Source: Acaryochloris marina S15
GTDB taxonomy: Bacteria > Cyanobacteriota > Cyanobacteriia > Thermosynechococcales > Thermosynechococcaceae
Assembly (NCBI RefSeq): GCF_018336915.1
Contig: NZ_CP064923.1
Location: 1,470,001 to 1,502,000, forward strand
Reading direction: 5' to 3'
Length of the DNA stretch: 32,000 nt
Positions 1 through 9,188 of this stretch are shown here, piece by piece. Positions within the stretch are counted from its first letter, which is position 1; each line of letters opens with the position of its first letter. The notes under the pieces are model-generated. The model saw only the letters and a list, made by a program, of their open reading frames with translations, made no database searches and had not been told where the DNA came from. Position numbers and translations under genes: made by a program.

Positions 1-1080
1 CGGATGAAAATCGGTTTAGAGGCCGCATTGAAGGATCAAAAAGTGCAAGGGAGATCCATTCGTCTGATCTTCAAGAATGACTATTACGAACCAGCCAGCA
101 CTCAACAAGCAACCCAAGAAATCATTCAAGACAAGATATTTCTGATGATTGGCAATGTGGGCACACCCACAGCCAAAGTGTCTTTACCCATCCTGGCAGC
201 ACAGAACATTCCGGCGGTCGGCTTTTTCACAGGCTCGGGGATTCTGAGGCCCGGCAAAGGCCCCATCGTCAACTATCGTGCCAGCTATGGGCAAGAAATT
301 AAAGCAGTGGTTCAACTGGCAATCCGTAATGGCATAACTCCCCAACAAATCTGTGCCTATGTCCAAAATGACAGTTATGGCATGTCTGGTTTAGCAGGGC
401 TAAAGTCAGCCATCGCAGCCGCCAAGGGTGATCCAGCCATCATTCAATCCTTTGAAAAGATCCTTGCCATGACAGGGGATAACCCCCAACGCAACAATAT
501 TGGCCCCGTTGGTGTATATGCTCGCAACACGCCGGATGTCGTTCCTGGCTATCAGTCCATCAAAGCCTGGGAAAAAGCAACTGGAGCCCAGTGCCGCCTG
601 ATCGTCACAGTCGGTTCCTACAGCAACATTGCTCGCTTTGCCAGCCACCTTCAGCAGCAAGGCGAAAAATGGATTATCTCAGCGGTTTCCTTTACAGGCG
701 GCGATGATTTCATTCTTGATTTAGAAGAGTATGGCATTCGTGACCGAGTGATCATGACCCATGTCGCTCCTTTATTAGATTCAACGCTGCCCATTGTCAC
801 AGAAGCCAGAACTAAACTGAAGAATGAATTCGGTCATGTCTCCTTAGAAGGGTACATTGTGGGCAAAATGACCCTGCGAATTTTCAATGATATTCCAGGA
901 GAAATCACTCGTGAAAGCTTTATGCAGCAAGTGGCTCGTTCCCAGTTTGATTTAGGGGGGGTAACGATTGATTTTTTGGAAAACGATAATCAAGGTTCAA
1001 ATCTAGTGATTTTGAGCTACTTAACCCCTCAAGGATTTAGAACCTTAGACCCTTCAATATTCAAAGCCATGCTCCAATAA
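1..1080 (+). CDS. Type-I periplasmic substrate-binding protein (Leu/Ile/Val-binding-like ABC SBP family), 5' end outside the window
   Basis: The frame is open from base 1 and stops at 1078-1080. No signal peptide or N-terminal lobe start is present, so the gene is probably truncated by the window edge. Segments such as DKIFLMIGNVGTPTAKVSLPILAAQNIPAVGFFTGS and YVQNDSYG resemble the LivK/amide-receptor PBP fold. Confidence 0.7.
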   Translation, partial: RMKIGLEAALKDQKVQGRSIRLIFKNDYYEPASTQQATQEIIQDKIFLMIGNVGTPTAKVSLPILAAQNIPAVGFFTGSGILRPGKGPIVNYRASYGQEIKAVVQLAIRNGITPQQICAYVQNDSYGMSGLAGLKSAIAAAKGDPAIIQSFEKILAMTGDNPQRNNIGPVGVYARNTPDVVPGYQSIKAWEKATGAQCRLIVTVGSYSNIARFASHLQQQGEKWIISAVSFTGGDDFILDLEEYGIRDRVIMTHVAPLLDSTLPIVTEARTKLKNEFGHVSLEGYIVGKMTLRIFNDIPGEITRESFMQQVARSQFDLGGVTIDFLENDNQGSNLVILSYLTPQGFRTLDPSIFKAMLQ

Positions 1081-1172
1081 CAGGAGATTGAGTTCATATT
1101 CTATTTGATCGCGATTTTGATGAGTAAAACATCCCTGGAGAGAAATCCCATCCCCAATATCCAAGCGCAAAG

Positions 1173-3227
1173 ATGAACAAAACGCTTCTTGACGAGAACA
1201 ATGATCATCCCTTGGCAGAAAGCTTTCAGAGAGTCAATGTGATCTCCGAGGATTATCTACGTTTAGCGGTAATTAAACAGGAAGCCAGTCAATCTCAGCT
1301 TTCCTTAGCTGCCTATATTCATCAACTTGAACAATATAACCAGGCACAGCAGTCTACCCCCCCTCCAAAACCACCTCTCCTCAAACCGTTCTCGATTCTG
1401 GATGCCAAGGTGAGTGATTTTGTGGCTTGGCTAGAAATGATTTCTATCATTAAGCTGGCAACGGTCCTGGGCGAAGCAGCTATTCTCATTGCCTTTATTT
1501 CTTATCTTTTCTCTATCCCCTATCAACAGCAGAAAAAAATAGACGATGCTCGTAATGTTCTCGTGGATCAAAAGGGGCAACAACATAGTGATGGCAGAAT
1601 AGCGGCCCTCAAAACCCTCGATTCACTCTGTGCTAGCAATGCTGGCCTGCAAGCCCCCAAGGCCCAAATGGTGGGAATTCAACTGAATCATTGCCACAAA
1701 TTGTTTTTCAGTTTCGAAAGTTTTCACCAATGGCCTTTCCAGTTTTCTGAGCATCAAGGCATTGATTTATCCTATGCAAATTTAGATCGAGCCAATCTTG
1801 CCAAAGCCAATTTAGAAAAAGCCAACCTCAAGGGCAGTAATTTAAAGGGAATCAACCTCAGCGAAGCCAATCTGCAAGGGGCCAATCTGCAAGGGGCCAA
1901 TCTAGAAGGCGCGAATCTAGAAGGGGCCAATCTGCAAGGGGCTAACTTTACGGATGCAGTATTGCACGGCAGCTTTCTCAATAATGCCAATTTAACGAAG
2001 GCCAATCTATCGCAGGCAAAAATGCACAAGGTGCAGGCCTTATGGGCGAAATTTAATCAAGCCAACCTTCATCGCACAGATTTATATCAAGCCAATCTGA
2101 ATCGCTCCAACTTTAAGGGTAGTGATCTGTACAAAGCCAATTTGCAGGATAGCTCCCTCCAATCGGCTGACTTTTTAGACGATGCCAACTTGCGATCGAC
2201 GAACTTGAATAATGCCGATCTCTCTAAAGCCAGCTTTTGGGCACTCCACCAACTCAAACGGGCCAAGCACTGGCAGTCCGCCACTAAAAGTCCCAATTGG
2301 ATGCAAACGATTGCCCGCCCTCGCTCGCCTCGCTTACGAATTGGCCTGATCAAATCAGCCGATAGCACTATCTTTAAAGCCTATGAATTGGGAATGCGGC
2401 GAGCCGCCAATCGACGAGTCGAAATTTGGAGTTTGCTGTCTGCCTCCGGGGTTCAAAATGAAGCCCAAACCATCCAGGAACTGATTGACTCTGGTATTGA
2501 TGCCATCGTGTTGTCTCCAGAAGATCCATTAGGGTCTATCTCAGCCCTTGAAAAGGCTTATCAAGCTGGCGTAGTAGTGATTACAGTCGATTTCTGTTTC
2601 GATAAAGAAACCGCAAAAGATATGGTGTTTGCTTGTTTCAATACCAATAGCTTAAAAATGGGAGCTGATTCGGCAGAACACCTCACCCAATGGGCTTCGA
2701 CCCATCTGCAGGATCAGCCTCTAAATATTGGCGTGGTGGATAGTGCGGAATATGAACGGTATTACCCCAACTATCAAGGCTTCTTAAACGGTATGGCTGC
2801 ATCCGCAGTTAAATGGCGAGAAATTTCTTCCGTAGATGCGATTACTCGAACCGACATTGCTCGCGTTAAAGAAATGCTGTCGGAGAATCCCCAGATCAAT
2901 ATCTTGTGGGGAGGATCTAACTTGGCCACAGAAATTTCTGTGGCGGCAGTAGAAGAATTAGGGTGGCAAGAGAAAGTTAAAGTTTTTGGCATTCTGGATC
3001 TATCTAAAGACAAGGCCCGAATGCTGTTAGATCCCAACAGTCCCCTCCAATCGATCATCGATCAGGCAGGGGTCAAAATCGGCTACAAAGCCGTCCATGC
3101 GGCAGTGGAAGTTTTAAGACATCAAAAAACTCAGTACACCGAATATCCGATAGAACATCGGCTGCTGACCCAGACTGATAAAGCAGCGGTCAAAGAGCTA
3201 TTAACGGAAGCCAACAGCATTCAATAA
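1173..3227 (+). CDS. Membrane-anchored pentapeptide-repeat protein fused to a C-terminal type-I sugar-binding-like PBP domain
   Basis: 684-aa ORF with ATG at 1173. One hydrophobic helix at aa ~89-115 (MISIIKLATVLGEAAILIAFISYLFSI). Aa ~198-355 are consecutive A(N/D)LxX pentapeptides (ANLDRANLAKANLEKANLKGSNLKGINLSEANLQGANLQG...). Aa ~387-684 (RLRIGLIKSADSTIF..IDSGIDAIVLSPEDP..AGVVVITVD) resemble RbsB/LacI-type periplasmic binding proteins. Confidence 0.8.
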   Translation: MNKTLLDENNDHPLAESFQRVNVISEDYLRLAVIKQEASQSQLSLAAYIHQLEQYNQAQQSTPPPKPPLLKPFSILDAKVSDFVAWLEMISIIKLATVLGEAAILIAFISYLFSIPYQQQKKIDDARNVLVDQKGQQHSDGRIAALKTLDSLCASNAGLQAPKAQMVGIQLNHCHKLFFSFESFHQWPFQFSEHQGIDLSYANLDRANLAKANLEKANLKGSNLKGINLSEANLQGANLQGANLEGANLEGANLQGANFTDAVLHGSFLNNANLTKANLSQAKMHKVQALWAKFNQANLHRTDLYQANLNRSNFKGSDLYKANLQDSSLQSADFLDDANLRSTNLNNADLSKASFWALHQLKRAKHWQSATKSPNWMQTIARPRSPRLRIGLIKSADSTIFKAYELGMRRAANRRVEIWSLLSASGVQNEAQTIQELIDSGIDAIVLSPEDPLGSISALEKAYQAGVVVITVDFCFDKETAKDMVFACFNTNSLKMGADSAEHLTQWASTHLQDQPLNIGVVDSAEYERYYPNYQGFLNGMAASAVKWREISSVDAITRTDIARVKEMLSENPQINILWGGSNLATEISVAAVEELGWQEKVKVFGILDLSKDKARMLLDPNSPLQSIIDQAGVKIGYKAVHAAVEVLRHQKTQYTEYPIEHRLLTQTDKAAVKELLTEANSIQ
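1866..1940. repeat. Five tandem 15-bp units (GCCAATCTGCAAGGG consensus), in frame, each encoding one pentapeptide (ANLQG/ANLEG)
   Basis: Units at 1866-1880, 1881-1895, 1896-1910, 1911-1925 and 1926-1940. Three copies are identical and two differ at 2-3 positions. Confidence 0.9.
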
Positions 3228-3249
3228 CCCCATTCGTTGGTGGTTAAAC

Positions 3250-5169
3250 TTAGCTATTTTGTTGCAACATTGTTTGATAGCGGCCCAGGGCCGTTAAGGG
3301 GAAATGCTGCTGGTAAAGATGATATTTCAGATAGAAATGGCCAGGAAAACCCGTGCCTGTGAAATAGTCTTCATTCCAAGTGCCATCCATCTTTTGCGTG
3401 GTCGTGAGATAATTCACGCCCCGCTCAATCGCTGCATCAGCATAAGTGGAGGTCGCTTCACCTGCTGACAGCAGTCCCATAAGCGCCCAAGCCGTTTGGG
3501 AAGCGGTGCTAGGACCTTGGCCTTTGAGCTTCGGGTCATCATAGCTGCCACAGGTCTCGCCCCAACCCCCATCAGGATTTTGACAACTCACTAACCAAGC
3601 GGCAGCTTGTTTGATTTCAGATTGCCAACCTTGCGGATCGATCAAGGCTAGGGCAGCCAACACGCCACTCGTACCGTAAATATAGTTGACTCCCCAACGC
3701 CCAAACCAGCAGCCTTCTGGTTCTTGCTCGGTTCGCAAATACCGCAGTGCCCGATCAACGCTATCTTTCCCCGTCGTCTTATGACAGCGCCCGATCATTT
3801 CCAGCACACGAGCAGTGACGTCAGCAGTATTGGGGTCAATCATGGCTTTGAGGTCCCCGTAGGGCAAGGCATTCAGCCAGTCTTGATCGTTATTGATATC
3901 AAAGGCGGCCCATCCTCCAGGACGGCATTGCATGGTGGCAATCCAGTTCGTGGCTCTGACAATGGCCGCATCCTTTGCCTGTTCATCCGGCAACTGGACT
4001 TCGTTTAAGGCCATGACCACAACGGCTGTATCGTCCACATCAGGATAAAATCGATTGTCAAACTCAAAGGCCCAGCCCCCTGGCAAGCCCCCTGGATTTT
4101 TAACGGACCAATCTCCGTAATCTAGGATTTGTTTATCTAGCAGCCATTCTCCCGCTTTCACCAGGGCTGGATGGTCTGGAGCTAAACCGGACTCGGCTAA
4201 CCCTCGCACAACCAGGGCCGTATCCCACACAGGAGAAATACAGGGTTGAATCCAATATTGATCCTCGGTTTCGAGGGCAAAGGCATCCAGAGCCGCCATA
4301 CCCCGTTCAATAATCGGATCGTGGACATCGTATTCCAGGGCTTTCAATCCCAGTAAGGAATTGAGCATGGCCGGGATAATCCCGCCCCAGTCACCGGTTG
4401 CTTCTTGACGCTCCAAGATCCAACGTTCTGCAGCACGAATCCCTTCTTCTCGGAAGGGGACTAGATTGGTGGCTTCGGCAAATTTGAATAGACCATCTAG
4501 ATAAATAAACGCATCGGTCCATTCGTTGCTGAGGGGCAGATCAAATTGGGCGCGATTTCGGCCTTCTATATAGAGCTCATCCAGATTGAATCCAGCTTCG
4601 ACTGCGTAGATTGGCTCTCGATCCATAACGATCAGCAAGGGAACGGTACTGCCCCTGGCCCAACTGGACATTTCGTAAATGGTGACGGGAAATTGCTCCG
4701 GCAACAACATCACCCAGGGCGGTAAGGAGGGAATACCTCGCCACTCATAACAGCCAATTAACGCCAAATGCAGCTTGGTAAACACGCGGGTGCGGCTAAT
4801 CCCCCCATGCTCCAAAATAAATTCTCTCGCCCGCACCATCGCAGGATCGGTAGCTGCAACTCCCAAGAGTTTGAGGGCCATATACGCTTCTACAGAAACG
4901 CTGATTTCACCGCCATCGCCAAAGTAGAGTTCCCAGCCGCCGTGGTCTCGCTGTTGCGATCGCAAATAAGTCTCCACCTTCGCCAAAGGCCGACTGCGAT
5001 CCGTGCCCCAAATCTTATGGAGCAGAACCACTTCAGAGGTAATCGAAACATTGGATTCTAGCTCTGCCCACCAGTAGCCTTTCTCATCTTGCTGGGTAAG
5101 CAGATAGCTTTGCGAAGCTGCAATCGCAGCTTCGAGGGTTTTAGAATTCACTCTGTCTCGAACAGGCAT
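3250..5169 (-). CDS. shc: Squalene-hopene cyclase
   Basis: 639 aa. DxDD catalytic motif (YPDVDDTAVVV). Several QW-type repeats (QQRDHGGWE, RQEATGDWG, QCRPGGWAAF, QNPDGGWGE, TQKMDGTWNE). GGWAFEF segment and typical size. Confidence 0.95.
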   Translation of the reverse strand: MPVRDRVNSKTLEAAIAASQSYLLTQQDEKGYWWAELESNVSITSEVVLLHKIWGTDRSRPLAKVETYLRSQQRDHGGWELYFGDGGEISVSVEAYMALKLLGVAATDPAMVRAREFILEHGGISRTRVFTKLHLALIGCYEWRGIPSLPPWVMLLPEQFPVTIYEMSSWARGSTVPLLIVMDREPIYAVEAGFNLDELYIEGRNRAQFDLPLSNEWTDAFIYLDGLFKFAEATNLVPFREEGIRAAERWILERQEATGDWGGIIPAMLNSLLGLKALEYDVHDPIIERGMAALDAFALETEDQYWIQPCISPVWDTALVVRGLAESGLAPDHPALVKAGEWLLDKQILDYGDWSVKNPGGLPGGWAFEFDNRFYPDVDDTAVVVMALNEVQLPDEQAKDAAIVRATNWIATMQCRPGGWAAFDINNDQDWLNALPYGDLKAMIDPNTADVTARVLEMIGRCHKTTGKDSVDRALRYLRTEQEPEGCWFGRWGVNYIYGTSGVLAALALIDPQGWQSEIKQAAAWLVSCQNPDGGWGETCGSYDDPKLKGQGPSTASQTAWALMGLLSAGEATSTYADAAIERGVNYLTTTQKMDGTWNEDYFTGTGFPGHFYLKYHLYQQHFPLTALGRYQTMLQQNS

Positions 5170-5494
5170 AGCTCTTAAAATTCAGTCAATCGTGACGACA
5201 GTCGATTCATCTTACCGGATTCCGCAAAGGTGCGGCACGATTGTGGTTCCACTCTCCTAGCTGGAACACATTCTGAAGTGTAGGAGTCTATTTTAATAAC
5301 CGTTCTCCCAAGACAAATTACCCTGTCCCCTTTACTCAAGCAATAGCTTCCCGACCAGCGTTCTCCCTTCAATTCATGAAGTAGTCAGGATATAGCTTGG
5401 GTATGATGAGGAAGTGCCTAGTGTCTGGAAAATTCCGCCAGCTTCCCTTGAACCGTTCTGCACCTAATTTTTTGAGAGGCCCAGCTGACTACCC

Positions 5495-6361
5495 ATGCCT
5501 AAATATTGTTCTACCCCTGCAAAACGGATCGCGATATTAGCAGCGGGAGGCTTAGTGGGAGTTCTATTATCGGCCTTACCTAGCCATGCTGGATTTAAGC
5601 CACCCGGTGATTTGGAAAAACCCGGAAATCGACGAGGGTTGGCGACACGGGCATTCGAACCGAAGAAAGGGCCATTAAACGAGAGTGCACCTCGACGACC
5701 TAGCCAAGTGGTTCCGATTCCCTTACCCAGACCGGATGCACCGCCCATCTGGGAATTACCGGGTGATCCCGCCGTTTCGCCACAGCCAGGTCAACCTAAA
5801 GCCTGTTCTACTAGTGGTCGCCCCACTCTCACCACATTGGTGCCCAAAAGTAATATTGGCTTAAGTGCAACGGCTTTTCCAACCTTTTATTGGTTTACCC
5901 CCACTAATAGCTACCGCATCGTCCAGTTCAGTTTGTACGAGGTAGGGGCTGGAGGTCGCTCTAGGAAAGAAGTCTATTCCACTACTTTTCAGGCTTCAGG
6001 TAAAGCAGGACTATCTAGAATTTCCATCCCCGATCAAGAATCAACCCTCGCCTTGAAACCAAAAACAGATTATCAATGGGTCGTGGGACTCTTCTGTACT
6101 CGCAAGGGCCGCAATGGCATCATCGCCAATGGGTGGATTCGCTATGTACCGCCTACCCAAGACGTAGCTAAAAAGGTCTCAAAATCTAAACTTAAGGATC
6201 AGGTCAACGCCTTTGCAGAAGCAGGCTATTGGTATGATGCCGTGCAGGCCTTAGCCGCCGCTCGACGGGAGAAGCCTGAGGATGGACGTCTTAGTAAGAC
6301 ATGGAAAACACTATTTGAAGCAGACGCCGTTCAACTTTCGGAGATTGCTGCTCAAAAATAG
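5495..6361 (+). CDS. DUF928 domain-containing secreted protein
   Basis: Signal-like N-terminus (RIAILAAGGLVGVLLSALPSHA). Family-typical blocks: FKPPG..PG.RRG, LTTLVPKSNIGLSATAFPTFYWFTP, DYQWVVGLFC, ANGWIRYV, YAEAGYWYDAVQALAAARR. Confidence 0.8.
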   Translation: MPKYCSTPAKRIAILAAGGLVGVLLSALPSHAGFKPPGDLEKPGNRRGLATRAFEPKKGPLNESAPRRPSQVVPIPLPRPDAPPIWELPGDPAVSPQPGQPKACSTSGRPTLTTLVPKSNIGLSATAFPTFYWFTPTNSYRIVQFSLYEVGAGGRSRKEVYSTTFQASGKAGLSRISIPDQESTLALKPKTDYQWVVGLFCTRKGRNGIIANGWIRYVPPTQDVAKKVSKSKLKDQVNAFAEAGYWYDAVQALAAARREKPEDGRLSKTWKTLFEADAVQLSEIAAQK

Positions 6362-6421
6362 TTCGATAGGGCTTCATCAAGCTGATAGGCTCCTCATCCT
6401 AAGGGTTCCGCAATAAATCCC

Positions 6422-7159
6422 TCACATCTCATCCTCATCCCATGAAGAACTTGCAATCTTCAGCTGCTCCTCATGGATAAATTGCATGGACGTTGGGGTA
6501 GGAATCTTGCGCTCAAATAAAAAAGTCGTAGGGGGTTCACAGAGATAGCAATCTGATTCAAAGGCGATAAACCAACTACACACTTGAATCAAGTGCTTAT
6601 AAGCTTGCCATAGCGGAACATTATACGGGGCCCTCAGGGTTCGTTGGGCAACAGAAAAATGAAAATCTAGCATGCATGCTTCCGTCGTATACCCACATCT
6701 TGGGAAAATCCAAGATATACCCTTTTCCCTTCTCCAGCTCAGGGGTAGATCATCCAGAAATTCATGCTGCAAAAAATTGGCCAGACTCTCGTCAATATAG
6801 CCACCTTTAACTTGGTTGCATGGATAGGCCAATGACCAATCCCAAGAACCGATACTCCCACGAAAGCGTTGTTGAAGATCATGGATTCTTGCCATTTCCA
6901 GGGTCGGGAAAACCATGCCATCCTGGCAATAATATAGGTTATCAAACCGGCCTTTAGTACTTGCTGCCAGAGCATGAGGGCCATCACAATAGTGAATATT
7001 CGGATAAGCCAAGCCAAGGATTTCGTATATCCTTTGAATTACGCCTTGAACTTGATTTCGATCAAGCCTGCTGGTTGAAATCGTGATTCCGTTCCATAAG
7101 CGGCAGTAGGTGGGGATAAAGCTTTTTTCTTCTTCCGTCAGCTCCTGTAACAACGCCAT
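6422..7159 (-). CDS. Hypothetical protein, Cys/Trp-rich; N-terminal and C-terminal blocks reminiscent of a conserved bacterial family (possibly DUF6745-like, named from memory only)
   Basis: 245-aa ORF. N-terminus TEEEKSFIPTYCRLWNGITISTSRLDRNQVQGVIQRIYEILGL and C-terminal WFIAFESDCYLCEPP resemble a recurring uncharacterised family. No catalytic motif recognised. Confidence 0.55.
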   Translation of the reverse strand: MALLQELTEEEKSFIPTYCRLWNGITISTSRLDRNQVQGVIQRIYEILGLAYPNIHYCDGPHALAASTKGRFDNLYYCQDGMVFPTLEMARIHDLQQRFRGSIGSWDWSLAYPCNQVKGGYIDESLANFLQHEFLDDLPLSWRREKGISWIFPRCGYTTEACMLDFHFSVAQRTLRAPYNVPLWQAYKHLIQVCSWFIAFESDCYLCEPPTTFLFERKIPTPTSMQFIHEEQLKIASSSWDEDEM

Positions 7160-7336
7160 CCTGATTAATTCTGCTTGGTTAGATTAACGTTTTCTCTTCA
7201 CCACAAAATACAGCCAGTAAAAAGCTGATAAGCACTTAAGCAGAAGTAATTACAATCTATTTCCTTGCTAAGCCAGGGTTTTAGCAAAAATGTTGTGAAA
7301 TTAATTATGTCCTACTGCTTATCAACGGCCAAGCCA

Positions 7337-8347
7337 TCACTTCAACCGGAATAATTTGCGAATGGGGCGCGATGATCTAGCTTCTAGTGAGGTGAGCAAT
7401 TCATACTCTCCTGGACGAAACCTTTTTTTAGAGGGTGTAATCCCTAAGGTAAAGGCCCCAACCTTGCGATCTAGCTCACTCGTTTCTCGAAAAACTTGAA
7501 TGGGGGGAATTTTGTCATCCTTGGTCTTGCCAAGATAGCGGAGGATATAAGTGATTTCAGAATCTCCTCGGAATTGTACATTCGCAATGCTGGGCAATTT
7601 AGCCGTAAAGGCTAGAGTTGTGATGTCAATCGAGAGTTCACTCAAATCTTCGGCACAAGGTTCTTTAGCATCGCTACTCCCCTCACAAATTTTGATACCA
7701 CTGATGCTGTTATTTAAACCAGCATCCTCAATATCCCCCTCATTACGCTTGGTGACATCCTCAGGATCAGTCCATACAGAAAAGATCTGCTCTTCGGCCA
7801 ACGGTTTTTGCTGACCAATTCCTTCCGGCATTAACGTAACGCGGTAGGTACCAGGCTGCAGATTAACCTGATCTAGCTGCAGGGCCACCTCTCGTTTCCC
7901 CTTCGGCACATCAAATACATTGCTAAACACCTCAGACTCTTGGTCAGGCTCTGGCCAATAATCCAGAGTAACCTTAACCTGTTTAGCTGCTTTACCTTTT
8001 CGGAGTTTCGCGCTGACCGAAATGGTTTGAGTTTGTTCTAAGAAAGCAATCTCATGCTTTTCACACTGGCCGTCTACCGGGGATTTACAAACGGCTACAT
8101 TGGTAAAGCGGACCAGATTTCCCCCTGTCACCATCAATGCCGCAAACAAAACCATCACGGCTAAAAATATTTTCAAGAAGCGAGATTTTAGCCAGGGGAA
8201 ACGCTGATTGAGGCGTCCTTGAATGGGAGGGGCCACAAGGATGACGGCGAGTAGTGCAATGATAAAACCAATCCACTCACCTGAAATCAACAAACCTGAA
8301 CTCATGAGAAGTGCAACTACTGTGAGCAGCCACTGAAAAAATTTCAT
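7337..8347 (-). CDS. Membrane protein with N-terminal TM helices and two tandem Cys-pair beta-rich modules
   Basis: 336 aa with 3 hydrophobic helices in aa 1-80. Two ~105-aa modules each begin with a Cys pair (CKSPVDGQC / CEGSSDAKEPC) and end with PGTYRVTL / PGEYELLTSL. Confidence 0.7.
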   Translation of the reverse strand: MKFFQWLLTVVALLMSSGLLISGEWIGFIIALLAVILVAPPIQGRLNQRFPWLKSRFLKIFLAVMVLFAALMVTGGNLVRFTNVAVCKSPVDGQCEKHEIAFLEQTQTISVSAKLRKGKAAKQVKVTLDYWPEPDQESEVFSNVFDVPKGKREVALQLDQVNLQPGTYRVTLMPEGIGQQKPLAEEQIFSVWTDPEDVTKRNEGDIEDAGLNNSISGIKICEGSSDAKEPCAEDLSELSIDITTLAFTAKLPSIANVQFRGDSEITYILRYLGKTKDDKIPPIQVFRETSELDRKVGAFTLGITPSKKRFRPGEYELLTSLEARSSRPIRKLFRLK

Positions 8348-8470
8348 AGTTTTTGCAAAATATCACCAATTCCCCCATCGTTTTATAACACTAAATAGTC
8401 TATTTACTTTACTGAAATAGTAATTAAAAACTCTGGATAAAGTCAAAATTAAAGAGGTCAATGGCTACCC

Positions 8471-9013
8471 ATGAGCACAAAAGTTTCTGTTTTTATTGCG
8501 ACCAGCTTAGATGGGTTTATTGCCAGGAAAAATGGAGACATCGACTGGCTCGATGATGCCAATGCAACTGTCCCGGAGGGGGAAGATTGCGGTTATCAAG
8601 CCTTTATGGCATCGGTGGATGTCCTCATCATGGGGCGCAAGACCTATGAACAGGTTCTATCTTTTGGGGAGTGGCCCTACGGTCAAACCCGAGTCATTGT
8701 CTTGAGTCAAAGCCCTATCAAATTCCCTGACCACTTACCTACCTGCATTACACACTCAGCAGAAACCCCACCCATGCTCTACAACCGTCTCGCCAAGGAA
8801 GGTGCCCAGCATTTATATATAGATGGTGGGGTGACCATCCAGAGATTTTTGGCAGCGGGCCTGATTGATAAACTCACCATCACCGTGATTCCTATTCTGT
8901 TAGGTGACGGGATACCTCTATTCGGTTCCTTGGCAAAGGATCTGCAGCTGACTCACCTCAGCTCCCACACCTATGACTTTGGATTTGTCCAACTTAAATA
9001 TGCCGTTCCTTGA
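8471..9013 (+). CDS. Dihydrofolate reductase family protein (RibD C-terminal domain type)
   Basis: 180 aa. VSVFIATSLDGFIARKNGDIDWL and VLIMGRKTYEQV are typical of the RibD_C / bacterial deaminase-reductase C-terminal fold. Confidence 0.85.
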   Translation: MSTKVSVFIATSLDGFIARKNGDIDWLDDANATVPEGEDCGYQAFMASVDVLIMGRKTYEQVLSFGEWPYGQTRVIVLSQSPIKFPDHLPTCITHSAETPPMLYNRLAKEGAQHLYIDGGVTIQRFLAAGLIDKLTITVIPILLGDGIPLFGSLAKDLQLTHLSSHTYDFGFVQLKYAVP

Positions 9014-9188
9014 AACATGCTCCCTCACTTCCCAGTCAGTTCACCCAGGTGTATAGACAGGATGAATGTGATGCGATCGCAGATCTGTATTGCTGTATGG
9101 TCAGTAAGATCTCATCAGAGACTCAAGCCTTCCCACCCTCATCGCTGATCACCCAACGCTAGGATTGTGGCATGCTCTCGCCTTACCC

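Noticed and set aside
1772-2368. Minus-strand ORFs of 85 aa and 93 aa antisense to the pentapeptide-repeat region
   Set aside because: Their Leu/Ala/Arg/Pro-rich periodic sequences are simply the reverse-complement reading of the GCCAATCT-type repeats. They lie entirely within a well-supported plus-strand gene.
5175-5748. Minus-strand ORFs 5175-5372 and 5464-5748 in the shc/DUF928 divergent region
   Set aside because: They show no motifs and have odd composition (Gly/Arg/Pro-rich). The second is antisense to the DUF928 gene's 5' end. They are probably chance ORFs.
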